A DNA stretch of 64,000 nt from Paraspadella gotoi (taxonomy: Eukaryota > Animalia > Chaetognatha): the NCBI GenBank assembly GCA_051294375.1, contig CM119270.1, forward strand, positions 10,026,984 through 10,090,983, given 5' to 3'. Shown here piece after piece: positions 34,920-49,559 of the stretch. The position numbers were made by a program, and so were the translations under genes. The notes under the pieces are model-generated. The model saw only the letters and a program-made list of their open reading frames with translations. It was not told where the DNA came from and did no database searches. Position 1 is the first letter of the stretch, and the number at the start of each line of letters is the position of its first letter.

Positions 34920-36127
34920 TAGTGTTCCGATAACCGTTAACTGTTAACGGTTATTACGGTTAAAATAATTTTAACTTAACCGTTAATATATTTTCATTAA
35001 CGGTTAAATTCGGTTTAATTTCATCAATGTGATTTTTTTCATTTTTTTTTATGAAATCTTTAATTTTAAAAAAAAACCTATTTTTTTATGTTCTCTCTTA
35101 TTCTCCTCTCCCTTCTCACCATATTTCTACCCCTCTCTCTTCTCACCAATTTTTCCCTGCTTTTTTCCTTTGTTATTTTCTCCTTTTTTTTCTATCCTCA
35201 TCTCTCTCTTATTCTTTGTTCCCCTTTATTTATCTCCTCCTGTTCCTTTCTTTTTTTCTCACTTTTCCCCTTTTTCTTTCCCCCTTTCTTTTTTCTCCTT
35301 TTTTCGCCCTTTGCTTTTACCTTTTTCCTTTTTTTTGCCCTTTCATGCAATAATGTATATTCAATTTAGCTAAAAATAAATAATCCTTATTTTACTTTTT
35401 CTCTCTTTTCTTTCCCTCTTTAAAATTAACAAAGAAGCAAATGAAATAACGCGAATGAATGAAAAAATGAATAAAAAAACAAATAAAAAAATTATTTTAA
35501 AAAATTATAATTAATAATAGAAGGAAGAATCTTAAAAAGACATATAAAAAAGATTAATAATGATATACTTTGAATTAAACCGAAAATATATTTATTAATC
35601 AATAAATATTTTGATCAATCGATAAATCAACCAGTCTATCAATAAATTAAAATTCATATTTTATTTATGGTCAATGACCATTGGTCATAGTTTATGAAAG
35701 CTAACAACAGAAAACAAGCGTTTAAGAACTAACAACTACAAAAAATAATGGGGAATAGAAGAAGTAGAGAAAGAAAAAGAGAAAGCAAAAGAGATAAAGA
35801 GAAAACAATATAAGAATTAGAATTTGATGGTATCCTTTCGTTTCGTTGTGTTATGAGATTAGAAAAATATTTGTTATGTTACAACAACAATTTTATTTGA
35901 CATAAAAAATAGACATGTTTCGACTCTGTTTCAAGTCTTTATCAGCGCATTCAAGAGCAGAGTAAAAAAAGAAAATACCATTAAATACTTTATTTGTGTT
36001 TAAATCTTAATATTTAAATTTAAAGTTGAATTATAAAATTAACCGATCTTAACGGTTAACCGTTAAAAATGTTAGTTTTAACGGTTAAAGCGAATTTCCT
36101 AAAAAATTAACGGTTATCGGAACTCTA
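34920..36127. mobile_element. hAT-superfamily MITE (1208 bp) with 8-bp TSD GTGCGGAG
   Basis: TIRs TAGTGTTCCGATAACCGTTAA / TTAACGGTTATCGGAACTCTA; TSD at 34912-34919 and 36128-36135; clustered subterminal TAACCGTTA/TAACGGTTA motifs. Confidence 0.88.
35910..35947 (-). ncRNA. Degenerate hammerhead ribozyme (CUGAUAA core variant) inside the hAT MITE
   Basis: Minus strand: gcg-CTGATAA-A-GACTT-gaaaca-GAGTC-GAAACATGTC. Confidence 0.6.
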
Positions 36128-39100
36128 GTGCGGAGTACAATAAGTATTCCCCGATCTAATACTTGAGGAGTGGTCTTTTCATACAATTGAATATATTTTC
36201 CACTTCATTGATCGGGAAGCCAGGTACTCTGGGGAGTGAATAAACGAGACTGTGACTGTGTACCAATTTCATAGAAAAGTTCGATCAAAGCTTTTCTTGA
36301 TCCGCGGTCAAATTAATGACGCGAAATACTGCGCTCTGATTGGTCAATCGAATCTCATGGAGAAAGGAGAATGCATTTCGCCAGAATCTTCCGATCGGAA
36401 GCACCGGATTCTCAAATCCGAGTTCACGTTTATACGAATAATGTATATTATTAAAAAAGGCGTTTGATTTTTAAATTCATGAAATTTTTTTATTATTTTT
36501 TCAGAATCTACACTTGATAAAGCATAGGAAAATCCGAGAGGTAGAGCTTAATTCGCTAATCGATCCAGCTTAATCTCCATTAAGGTAGATTCAGGGATGA
36601 ATCTTAATTCATATATCAAAAAAAAGAGCAATATTAAAAATACATTGATGCTGTAGATGCTCCAGAAAATTATTTTTATATTAAGTTATAAGGCTCCGGG
36701 TAACCTTTCTGTAAGAAAAGTTATTATTTTTATTTACCTTTGGATATATTATCAGAATCAAGCATCAAACATGCAAAAAAAATCAAAGAATTTGTTAAAG
36801 TGAAAGACAATGAATATCACATTATGCAGCTACAACTCAAGCCTGGTTTACTTTATAAAGGATCAATCTTTTCACTGCTTGCCAAGGACCATTTTTTGCC
36901 CAAAATCTGATAAAAGTATAAAGTCAGAGATATAATATTAATAATAATGTGAGTAGTCTTCTTAATCAAAAAGAGGTGAAAACAGTTAGAGACAACCTCT
37001 TTTGGAAGTATTTGTATGCATGAATAATTTTATGCTGTTAGAAAAGAATTATTTTATTCAGGCCTAGGGAGGTTATATTACCTATTAACTTATTTTTTTA
37101 GCCAATAAATATATTTGACAATAAAATTAACTGCCTTTTCCAAACCGCGACAATTTTTTTTTCCATCATGGTATAATAAAAATTGTATTAAATAGAGAAC
37201 CATTATCGAGGATATATGGTACAAGTGAGCCGAGCGCTAGTCCACGAAGAAACGAACCGAGCCATTCAAGTTAATATAAAAACTTTCTCCCGAAGATCAA
37301 GGAACGACGTTTTATCGGGATTCCGTATCTTCTACGATCATCCTGGTCCCCCCTCTCCCCATAAAAATGGAGGCGGAATCTCCACGAAAATCTCGGGGAA
37401 TTCTTGATTCTTGAAATTCTCCGAACCTCATGAGTCATAGAAAAGATTGGTCTCGTCCTTTTTTTGTTGTGGCCTCCGGCCGGAATAATGATTCAGATCG
37501 AGGGTTTTTTCTCTGTTGACCCCGAAGCGACATCGGTCATTGTCCGTTTTTCTTTCATGGCCTCTATATGGAAGTCTTTATTTTCTCAACTGATCCTCAA
37601 AACCTGTCACAATGTATCACTACACAAATAATCGCTTTTCTCCCAATTTTATAGACTGCTTTCGTCACTGCTAAATCTTTCGTTCTCTGAAATCGGCGCG
37701 GCATCCCATGACGAGCCGTTCCGAGACAGCACGCCCACTTCCGGGGGTGGCCGATTGGATTTGAGGCGTGCTTCTCTCCGCGCCGTCGAAAATCCGAGAT
37801 AACGAATCTGAAAACGACGAAATCGAGATGCGCGACGAGGAAGAAAAACAATTTTTCCGTCTCTTGTCTTCGTTTATGCGAACATCAAATTCGACAAAGT
37901 CTCGTGTCAGATTTTGGCGAGTTTACCCTAAAGCCTGCAACTTTTCGTGATCCTTTTAAGGCGTTGACTATCCCAATTAGAGTTTCGAGAGGTCCCCATC
38001 TTCCAAGATTAAGGACATTCCAAAGTTCGCCTAACGGCCCTTACGTCTCTAAGGAATTTCGAGAAGGCGCCTCGCCTTATTGAATTGGACTTGCCCTGGC
38101 TCGTTTGCCTATTGCTCTGGGTGGGGTTCCTTCTGAAAATTCCATTTTGCGTGGATCGTGGAACGAAAAAGTCAGATGGAATTGGATAAAAGGGAGATAT
38201 CGACGACGGCTTCATTGAGCGCAAAATTTACAAAATGCGCAACGGTTGATTTGGANNNNNNNNNNNNNNNNNNNNNNNNNAATAGAAGGAACGAATCTTA
38301 AAAAAGACATATAAAAAAGATTAATGATGATATACTTTTGAATTAAACCGAAAAATATATTTATTAATCAATAAATATTTTGATCAATCNNNNNNNNNNN
38401 NNNNNNNNNNNNNNNNNNNNNNNNNNNNNNNNNNNNNNNNNNNNNNNNNNNNNNNNNNNNNNNNNNNNNNNNNNNNNNNNNNNNNNNNNNNNNNNNNNNN
38501 NNNNNNTTTGATGGTATCCTTTCGTTTCGTTGTGTTATGAGATTAGAAAAATATTTGTTATGTTACAACAACAATTTTATTTGACATAAAAAATAGACAT
38601 CAGAGAGAAGATCTCCTTTAAAGACACCCACTCTCATACCCATTTCTCCCCTTTTATCTTTTCAACGTCATTCTTTTCCACCTCCTGACGCCATACTCAT
38701 TCTGTTTCCCGTGTCGACTAACTTTCCCTCCGCTCTCTCGCTTCTCTCTTTACTCTATCTCTCTCTCCATCTCCTCCGTCGTTCTAGTTTGTTCCCCTTC
38801 AAGTTTATTTACTTAGGAAAAAAAGAGTATCTTTCTTTTTTTTACTCTTTATTACTTCTCGTTTCTTTTCTTGGCCTCTTTTCTTTCGACGCCTTCAAAA
38901 GAAGAAGGAGCCCTTTTCTTCTTCTTCTTCCTCATCCTTCCACCCTCCAACTCCTCTTCTTTATCTTGCGTCATCTCCTCAAATTTCCCGGCTCATCCTT
39001 GTCGCCGTCTTCGTTGTCGTCGCCGTCCGTATTCGCGGCGACCTCCAAATCCTGGAAAGTGTTTGCGGCATTCCTCGACGACGAATTTCGAACATCTTAG

Positions 39101-39664
39101 CCTAATTCCTCGCATCGCCGCGTTCAATTATTTCTTGCTCGAGTAGTAGACAATTGAGAAGTCATTGCTCAAATCGCTTGCGTATACACTTCACCTGTTG
39201 CATACAGCACAGCATCTAGCATCGTCTTGTACAGCATCTGTCTAGTCCGCCTCAAACATTTTCGTCAGCCTTGACAACAGATCGCATAAACAATTCTAGG
39301 AGTAATTCTCGCTCAATTGTTTCATGCATTTTTGAGTCGCGATACAATAATCGCGGCATATTGCGTCATATCGCTGCATCTTCTTTCGCCGCTGCTCTGC
39401 AGAATTCAAATCGACGCTTTGACCCGCCTCCTTGAAATCCAACCGAATCGCCAAGATACTAACTTCGCGGTCATAGAAAGTGAGTTTAAGGATGACTTAC
39501 AAAAACATGATTTCAATAGAAGGTAGTAAAGACGTGCGATGGCTGCGTGGTGAGTTATCAGAATAGAGAGTCGTCGATTGATTAACCCTGCCCTGAATAG
39601 GTAAGTTCCTAGTTCAGTCATCTTTTTTGAGTAATTAACTTTCACAATTTAAATAAAATCAAAC

Positions 39665-39786
39665 TAAGCAAAGTTTTGAAAAATACATTTCATCAACGAT
39701 TTTATTTGTACGGGACATGTTTTCGACTCTCTTTAGTTTCGAGCCTTGTCATCAGCTTAAAAAGCACTACAAATTTGTGCAAAAGA

Positions 39787-39875
<89 letters not shown>

Positions 39876-41346
39876 AGCAGAACATAAAATTCCAACACAG
39901 AGATAGTGGTTTAAAAGAAATGAGTACAGTTAAGTTGAGTGAACAATCAGTTTGGAAAAGAAGTGAAATGGTCAATTGGTGAAGAGAGAGAGACAGAGAG
40001 AAGAGAAGTGAGAGAGAGAGAGAGAGAGAAGGAGAGAGACAAAATAAGTACATTGTGCAAGGTACAACAAGGAATAAAGGTATTAAACTAATAGTGAGAT
40101 TTAACAATTATCTAATAAATAAATAGATAGTAATAAAGGAAGAAAGTTTTTAATGTGAAATGATACATTTTTTGTAGCGGATAGATAAGTGAACTGTTAA
40201 AGTGAAAGATTAAGAAAATTAGATAGAGCCTCAAATGAGTCAGGCCCTCCTTGTTTATGCAAATAAAAGGCCTTAACGATGTAGCCGGGTCATTGCACGG
40301 TCATTGGTTGAGATGAACAATCTTATTGAGTTCGTTGTCCAATTGCATTAGGGCACGACTTCCATTGCGGGAAAAGACCAAGTGCAACTCGAAGTGTCTC
40401 TTTTGGCCTGATACGATACCTGCCGACTGCCCCACTTCGCTCGCCTGCTGGTGAGGCGGCGGTTGTCAGCCGTATCTGCCACTTTTGTTCGGTCAGGAGT
40501 GACGAGACTCCTCTCGACCGCTCAGTATACCGTCGTTTTATGGCCGGCGCTCATTCCCCTCAGAGGAAGGCAGGAAGGCTGATTGCTACAATCAAGGGAT
40601 GAGGCATCCGTCCTGCCCCATTGCCTGCGCAAGGGTGTCTCAGCGCTGTCTCGTTGAGTGGAGAAGGGGAATCTATTGTGCGTCAGTGGTGGTGGCCGGG
40701 CCTCCTACAAACCAGCTTTTGATAAGCGAAGGCTACATAGCTTGCGAGGGAGGATCGAAATCGTCCCTCCATCACACGATTCAAAGAAAGGTTTGAGGGT
40801 CTTTGATGTAAATTGCCTCTCTAATACCTCTTGTACCAGTTCGGGTCATGGACAAGAACGAGAACAGTCTGACTCTCTAAATGCATGGGCCAGTGTTCGC
40901 TGTGGTGCTCAGCGATTGCGGACAGAGAAGTGTCCACGGGCATCACGATAGGGCTTTGTTGTGCTGTTGGAAAGGTCTGTGAGAAGACTACATTTGCACA
41001 ATGTATTATTTTGTCTCTCTCTGTTTCTCTCTCTCTCCTCATTCCTTCTCTTCTCTGCTCTCTCTTCTCTCTCTCTTTTTCACCAAATTTGACCCATTTC
41101 ACTTCTTTTCACAACTGATCTGTCCTCAACTTAAACTGTACTCATTCTTTAAACCACTATCCTGTGTTGGAAACTTTTTGCCCTCTCTCTCTTTCTTCTC
41201 TCTCTCTCTCTCTCGTCTCTCGTCTCTCTCCTTCTTTTGCACAAATTGTAGATGCTTATTAACGCTGATGAAGGCTCGATACAAGAGTCGAAACATGTCC
41301 GTACACAAATAAAATCGTTGATGAAATTATTTTCAAACTTGCTTAA
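39665..41346 (-). mobile_element. Second copy of the inverted-end PLE fragment (hammerheads at ~39710-39757 minus, degraded, and 41262-41302 plus)
   Basis: Part of the 10-kb duplication; indel-rich copy of 29146-30736. Confidence 0.8.
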
Positions 41347-42126
41347 ATCTCTAAACTCAACGAAGCTGAAAAGATATAATACATACATAAAATAAATAAA
41401 CATCGTATTATGTCTATGTTTACTTTGAATTTTATTAAATCTCTACAGGATTATTTATAATTAAATTATTACTATTTGTTATCAATTACTTATTAGTACT
41501 ATTAGTAACTATTAAGAATTAATTTTTAATAAAAATGACGATTAAATAAGATTAGGAGGTTATTAGCGGGATCGTTATTTCATTAATGAAAAAATAATCC
41601 TTTTCGTAGAAAATCCGATCCGGTTGATGATTTATTAAGAAAAAGGAAACAACAAATTATCTCAATCTATATATCGCAGGGTCAGGCCCATTTGACCACA
41701 ACCGAAAATAAGCACGAAAGATGAGATTACGAAATCGCGGCGAAAAAATGACGAACGATGACGAGGGCCGACGGAATTGATGACGACACGATGAAAAGAC
41801 GTGACTCATTACAAAATCTTTTCCAACCGTTTGGCCCTATAGTCTTCCTGAGTGATGCATACTTCCTTTCTTACTACTTAAATTAACCAGAGACCCCTTC
41901 TTTACTTTTTTCTTCAAGACCGGACGAAGCTTCGAAAAAAATCGGCAATCTCCCAACCGAAAGACTTCCCGTTGATTGTCCGAAGACGGAAGATTTCGAC
42001 GAGCGAGTTGAGGCCGGGAGAATCAACTTCTGGAGTCAACCGTCGATATCACAGGAGGGTGGCTCACTGGCTCGTGCTGGAAAGAAGCTTCACCTGAGGA
42101 TAGTTAGGAGTAGTTGTGGAAAAAGG

Positions 42127-42161
<35 letters not shown>

Positions 42162-44205
42162 AAAGCGTAATTAATAAAATCTTCTGTAACTCTATTTATT
42201 GACGCGCCGAATGTTGTAATTCGCTCCTTCCGTCTTCTTCGTCGATGTCGTGCGTCGTCGTCTTCTGAAGCGCCTCCGATCCTAAATTTGTCGTTTTAAT
42301 CCTGTTAAAAAACGAATCTTGGTATATTTATGGGCCAAGACGTTCTATTCGTGCATCTTAACCGACTCGTCTCATTTGTTTATTGTGAATCAGATGAGAG
42401 TGATGATATCCGAGATGCTCTTTTGTTTAATGAGGCATCGTTTCAGTCGCAATCTTTCAAGTCGATGACAAATACAAATATTATTAATAAAGTTTTCCTG
42501 ATTGTCAATTAATTTACTTATTATGAATACGAGAGACAGATACGAGACAGAGAAGAAAGATGCTTTTTTCGCAACCACCATATGACGTTTATGATTGTGC
42601 TTGGCAAGGGTAACATTCTGATCAAAAGTGTAATTTTGTGATTAAGATGTTTTTAACGCTTTATTACTCCTTTCTTCATAACTTGGCCAAAGTAGAAAAA
42701 GCCAAAAAATAGTATGATATTAGACGGCACATAGTGGACGATGGACATACTAAACTACGTTTAGTATAAGACAGTATATCTGTAGATTCTATACCACCAT
42801 TTACATTAAAATGACCAGTTTTTTTAATTTAAGAATTATTCTTCCAATAAATCTAAATGATTTTTTGTTCTCGATAGGCCATTTTGGTGTAAATGGCACG
42901 CTATATTTCTCTTTCGTGCGACAGGAATTATAGATATGGAAACGATATGAAGAAGTATTACGAGAAAAGACGATATACGACACGGCAGATACGTCTACAG
43001 TATGCTATGACACTCTGATGTGACGGCTTTGGTGTCAAGAAATGACAAGTTTAAAGCGTAATAGTCTTATTACACGAATTCCCGTCGTCCACTCGAACCG
43101 GGCAAGGTGCCGATTATTGGGAATTTTTTTTCCCGGGAGTTCTGCGTCTACCTCATTCAGTGGGGATAGTTATTAATTTCTAAAAAAGTACATTGCAAAT
43201 CTCGATATTCTCTTGATATTTGTTACATACCCTGATGGAAAAAAAATTGTCTCGGTTACTTTCCAGCTATTTTTCGACCTTTAAATGTAAGAATCGAAAA
43301 AATAAATTTAGATATCCAAAAGCTTTGGACTTTTGTAATTCACATGAAGCTGCTCTCTCATTTATGTATGACAAAAAAATACCGGAGTTCCATGCAAAAG
43401 AAAAGGAGTTGTCCAAAAAATATTTTTTTTTAATATACACTTATCTACACTTTTTTTATTATATTAATTTCCGGTTCTTTTTATTATTTTTTTAGTTAAA
43501 CCAATACTATTTAAAAATCCCCGGCCTTTTCTCAGTCTCATGCAAATGGTTATTGCATCATCTCCATTAAGGCGGATCTCTGACGTAATTTTTTTTCAAA
43601 ATCTTCTACCATCTCGGGTTTTTCCTTTTGCCTTTTGTTGTTTCCTTTGCTTTCACAACAGCAATGATTAAAAAATATTCGGATCACACGCCTTTTTTTT
43701 CAATTTATAAAAAATAGCCGATCGCGATCTGTGATTGGTCAATATCGGTCACGTGACCTTAAAATCTTTGTATTTTTAACATTTTTTTAGGGTAGAAAGT
43801 TATTTAGTAGTAGTATAATGAATATTTTGCTTAAAACAATTGAAAAATATTTTTTTAAATATTAAAGAGTAAAACAGAAAGTAAGTGTGTCCAGAAACAA
43901 AGTAAAGAGAAAGCCCGCTGATAGCCAAAGTGGTCAAGCAGGCAAATAATACTTAAATTTTCTCTCTTAATTTTTTGCTCTTTTCTCTAACCCCTTTCTC
44001 TTTTACTCTATAATGTCTCTCTCTCTCTCTTTTCTCTCATAACTAAAAAAATTAAATTGGTTTAATTTGAATAGTGATGAAAAGCTTAAAATCAGGTGAT
44101 CAGACGATAAGACATAACCCTGTCATGTTCAGAACGACTACTTAAAAATATTAACAAGCATGGCTTTTATCGTATGCAATACAATGGGCGCGCATAAAAA
44201 CGTAG

Positions 44206-44484
44206 TGAGGCGACTTACCTCCGGTCCTCTCTCCTAAACCTTCCTCTCTCCTCTTTCTTCGAGCCGGTCTATTCCACACGGTCACTTTGCCCTAGCTTTG
44301 GCAATGACCTTAGATTGACCGAGCACAGTAATAGGGCCGAGGCGACCGTAAGGTCAAGTTGGTCCGGGCGATGATAAAAGTGGATCAGGAGAGAGCTAGA
44401 ACTCACTTCTTTTTCTACTTCTCTCAATCGTCACAATTCTTCACCTTCTTCTCACTTTTATTATTACTATTTTCGTCTTCTACA
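44206..44484 (+). mobile_element. Duplicate of the solo LTR at 33588-33866
   Basis: Same sequence and GTAG TSD inside duplication copy 2. Confidence 0.75.
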
Positions 44485-45531
44485 GTAGTTGCTTAAAAAT
44501 TTCTTTTGTTTCATGGTGTGTAAAGAGTAAAAAGCCAGAAAAAACGTTTGCCACTAATCGTTCAGACAGGGCAGGAGTTTAAGTTTTGTCTCGATATAGG
44601 GTCCCTCCCTTGTAACTTAGATAAACTCTTTTTCCTAAAGAATTCTTCCTCGTCTAATCATATATTTGCTTGAAGCTTGATTTGTATTTGAAAAGATATA
44701 TGACTTACTACATTCATAATTTTATTTTAAAAAGATTTTTAAAAAAAATAATTTGTGTAACAGAAAAATAGGAATTATTTAACTTCTCTAAAAAAATTTT
44801 CGTTTTAAAAGAGGCTGCAATTCTCAACTATTGATGTATATTATATAAGGGGGGAAAATTTAATAACATATTTTAAATAATAAATAATGAGGAATCAACT
44901 TTGTGACCTTAGATTTAATAAGGATGAAGACAGTGAGAAAGAGAGAGAGAATAAATATTTATGAATGACCTAAGGTTTGAGTGTTTATAAATTGGTACAA
45001 CCAATATAAAAATTATTCATTCATTTAAAACAACTGTCTTGCCCCTGACTTTGGAAAATGTGAAAATGTGGTTAAATTTTGAAAAAGCAAGATATTGACT
45101 CAACCATACTTAATTTGTATGCACCAAATAAAAATAATAATTAAATGAAATATCTATATTAGTCTAATAATATTTATATGCTTGATTTTCAATTGTGATA
45201 ACAAATATAAAATCAATTAAAAAAAATCATATACATCATATAAATATATAAATCATACAATTTAAACATTCTTTGAAATATTTTCCACTTCATTGATAGG
45301 GAAGCCAGGTACTCTGGGAGTGAATAAACGAGACTGTGAAAGAGTCTTGATTGAAAACTTGCAGGGACCTGCTATGTCATTATCTTGTAAGAGTGATGGA
45401 GGCCTTAAACCACCAAAGCCTGTCCAAAGTCAGGGGCAAGATAGCTTATTTATTAAATGAATGGATAATTTTATATTGGTTGTACCAATTTCATAAAATT
45501 TAGCTCTTTGTATTTTGATGCTAGTGCGGAG

Positions 45532-46755
45532 TAGTGTTCCGATAACCGTTAACTGTTAACGGTTATTAACGGTTAAAAATAATTTTAACTTAACCGTTAA
45601 TATATTCATTTTAACGGTTAAATTCGGTTAATTTTCAAATGTGATTTTTTTCATTTTTTGTTATGAAATCTTTAAATTTAAAAAAAAAACCTATTTTTTT
45701 ATGTTCTCTCTTATTCTCCTCTCCCCTTCTCACCATATTTCTACCCCTCTCTCTCTTCACCAATTTTTCCCCTGCTTTTTTCTTTGTTATTTTTCTCCTT
45801 TTTTTTCTATCCTCATCTCTCTCTTATTCTTTGTTCCCTTTTATTTATCTCCTCCTGTTCCTTTCTTTTCTTCTCACTTTTCCCCTTTTTCTTTCCCCCT
45901 TTCTTTTTTCTCCTTTTTTCGCCCTTTGCTTTTACCTTTTTCCTTTTTTTTTGCCCTTTCATGCATAATGTATATTCAATTTAGCTAAAAATAAATAATC
46001 CTTATTTTACTTTTTCTCTCTTTTTCTTTCCCTCTTTAAAATTAACAAAAGAAGAAAATGAAATAAAACCGAATGAATGAAAAAATTGAATAAAAAAACA
46101 AATAAAAAAATTATTTAAAAATTTAAAAATTAATAATAGAAGGAACGAATATAAAAAAGACATATAAAAAAGATTAATGATGATATACTTTTGAATTAAA
46201 CCGAAAATATATTTATTAATCAATAAATATTTTGATCAATCGATAAATCAACCAGTCTATAATAAATTAAAATTCATATTTATATTTATGGTCAATGACC
46301 ATTGGTCATAGTTTATGAAAGACTAACAACAGAAAACAAGCGTTTAAGAAACTAACACAACTACACAAAAATATATAGGGGAATAGAAGAAGTAGAGAAA
46401 GAAAAAGAGAAAGCAAAAGAGTAAGAGAAAAACAAAATATAGAATTAGAATTTGATGGTATCCTTTCGTTTCGTTGTGTTATGAGATTAGAAAAATATTT
46501 GTTATGTTACAACAACAAATTTTATTTGACATAAAAAATAGACATGTTTCGACTCTGTTTCAAGTCTTTATCAGCGCATTCAAGAGCCAGAGTTAAAAAG
46601 AAAATACATTAAATACTTTATTTTGTTTTAAATCTTAATATTTTAAATTTAAAGTTGAATTATAAATTAACCGATCTTAACGGTTAACCGTTAAAAATGT
46701 TAGTTTTAACGGTTAAAGCGAATTTCCTAAAAAATTAACGGTTATCGGAACTCTA
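45532..46755. mobile_element. Duplicate of the hAT MITE (degenerate hammerhead at 46540-46576, minus)
   Basis: Same TIRs; flanks GTGCGGAG and GTCGGAG. Confidence 0.8.
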
Positions 46756-49154
46756 GTCGGAGTACAATAAGTATTCCCCGATCTAATACTTAAGGGAGTG
46801 GTCTTTTCATACAATTTAAACATTCTTTGAAATATTTTCCACTTCATTGATCGGGAAGCNNNNNNNNNNNNNNNNNNNNNNNNNCAGGTACTCTGGGAGT
46901 GAATAAACGAGACTGTGACTGTGTACCAATTTCATAGAAAAGTTCGATCAAAGCTTTTCTTGATCGCCGGTCAAATTAATGACGCGAAATACTGCGCTCT
47001 GATTGGTCAATCGAATCTCATGGAGAAAGGAGAATGCATTTCGCCAGAATCTTCCGATCGGAGCACCGGATTCTCAAATCCGAGTTCACGTTTATACGAA
47101 TAATGTATATTATTAAAAAAGGCGTTTGATTTTTAAATTCATGAAATTTTTTTATTATTTTCAGAATCTACACTTGATAAAGCATAGGAAAATCCGAGAG
47201 GTAGAGCTTAATTCGCTAATCGATCCAGCTTAATCTCCATTAAGGTAGATTCAGGGATGAATCTTAATTCATATATCAAAAAAAGAGCAATATTAAAAAT
47301 ACATTGATGCTGTAGATGCTCCAGAAAATTATTTTTATATTAAGTTATAAGGCTCCGGGTAACCTTTCTGTAAGAAAAGTTATTATTTTTATTTACCTTT
47401 GGATATATTATCAGAATCAAGCATCAAACATGCAAAAAAAAATCAAAGAATTTGTTAAAGTGAAAGACAATGAATTATCACATTATGCAGCTACAACTCA
47501 AGCCTGGTTTACTTTATAAAGGATCAATCTTTTTCACTGCTTGCCAAGGACCATTTTTTGCCCAAAATCTGATAAAAGTATAAAGTCAGAGATATAATAT
47601 TAATAATAATGTGAGTAGTCTTCTTAATCAAAAAGAGGTGAAAACAGTTAGAGACAACCTCTTTTGGAAGTATTTGTATGCATGAAATAATTTTATGCTG
47701 TTAGAAAAGAATTATTTTATTCAGGCCTAGGGAGGTTATATTACCTATTAAAACTTATTTTTTAGCCAATAAATATATTTGACAATAAAATTAACTGCCT
47801 TTTCCAAACCGCGACAATTTTTTTTCCATCATGGTATAATAAAAATTGTATTAAATAGAGAACCATTATCGAGGTATATGGTACAAGTGAGCCGAGCGCT
47901 AGTCCACGAGAAAACGAACGAGCCATTCAAGTTAATATAAAAAACTTTCTCCCGAAGATCAAGGGAACGACGTTTTATCGGGATTCCGTTATCTTCTACG
48001 ATCATCCTGGTCCCCCCTCTCCCCCATAAAAAATGGAGGCGGAATCTCCACGAAAATCTCGGAGGAATTCTTGATTCTTGAAATTCTCCGAACCTCATGA
48101 GTCATAGAAAAGATTGGTCTCGTCCTTTTTTTGTTGTGGCCTCCGGGCCGGAATAATGATTCAGATCGGAGGTTTTTCTCTGTTGACCCCGAAGCGACAT
48201 CGGTCATTGTCCTGTTTTTCTTTCATGGCCTCTATATGGAAGTCTTTATTTTCTCAACTGATCCTCAAAACCTGTCACAATGTATCACTACACAAATAAT
48301 CGCTTTTCTCCCAATTTTATAGACTGCTTTCGTCACTGCTAAATCTTTCGTTCTCTGAAATCGGCGCGGCATCCCATGACGAGCCGTTCCCGAGACACGC
48401 CCAGCTTCCGGGGGTGGCCGATTGGATTTGAGCGTGCTCTCTCGCGCCGTCGAAAATCCGAGATAACGAATCTGAAAACGACCAAGAATTCGAGAGCGCG
48501 CAGGAAGAAAAAACAATTTTTCCGTCCTCTTGTCTTCGTTTATGCGAACATCAAATTCGCAAAGTCTCGTGTCAGATTTTGGCGAGTTTACCCTAAAGCC
48601 TGCAACTTTTCGTGATCCTTTTAAGGGCGTTGACTATCCCAATTAGAGTTTCGAGAGGTCCCCACCTTCCAAGATTAAGGACATTCCAAAGTTCGCCTAA
48701 CGGCCCTTACGTCTCTAAGGAATTTCGAGAAGGCGCCTCGCCTTATTGAATTGGACTTGCCCTGGCTCGTTTGCCTATTGCTCTGGGTGGGGTTCCTTCT
48801 GAAAATTCCATTTTGCGTGGATCGTGGAACGAAAAGTCAAGATGGAATTGGATAAAACGGGAGATTCGACGACCGGCCTTCAATTGAGCGCAAAATTTAC
48901 AAAATGGCCGCACGGTTATCTTCGGCATTCTTCTTTTCTCCCAGAATTGGTCATTGCATGACCACCACGAGTTCTATGGGCGTTACGAGAATAACAATCA
49001 TGGCCTCTGGAAAAAAAATGAAACACCGAGAAAAATTATGTATTCTCTTTCCGGATCCACCGGGAAATTTTTACCGAATCAATTTCNNNNNNNNNNTTCT
49101 GTCATTATTTTTCCACTTAGGCGACGCTGGCGATGGTAATTCGAGACACCCACA

Positions 49155-49213
49155 ATCTCTCTATCTCTCTCTCTCTCTCTCCTCTCTCGTTTCTGTCTGC
49201 TGTCTTCTGTCTG

Positions 49214-49278
<65 letters not shown>

Positions 49279-49358
49279 GTCTCTCTCTCGTCTCCTCTCT
49301 CTCTTCTCTCTCTCTCTTCTCTCTCTCTCTCTCTCTCTCCGTTCTGTCTGTCTGTCTG

Positions 49359-49390
<32 letters not shown>

Positions 49391-49497
49391 GCTCTCTCTC
49401 TCTCTCTGTCTCTCTCTCTCTCTCTTTCTGTCTGTCTGTCCGTCTATCTTTCTGTCTGTCTGTCTGTCGTCTGTTTGTTTCTCTCTCTCTCTCTCTC

Positions 49498-49556
<59 letters not shown>
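49155..49556. repeat. Compound (CT)n/(CTGT)n microsatellite
   Basis: Directly visible; source of the spurious SL/RE ORFs. Confidence 0.95.

Positions 49557-49559
<3 letters not shown>

Larger units (their letters stand above)
28210..48917 (+). repeat. ~10-kb tandem duplication (copy 1 ~28210-38250, copy 2 ~38666-48917)
   Basis: Colinear over the full length, including the PLE, solo LTR and hAT MITE. Differences are mostly 1-2 nt indels, and the copies are separated by N gaps. Confidence 0.95.

Noticed and set aside
35029-35373. Phe/Leu/Ser-rich ORFs that look like membrane proteins (also 45641-45988, 62311-62700, 63478-63705)
   Set aside because: Pyrimidine-rich low complexity inside a MITE or introns.
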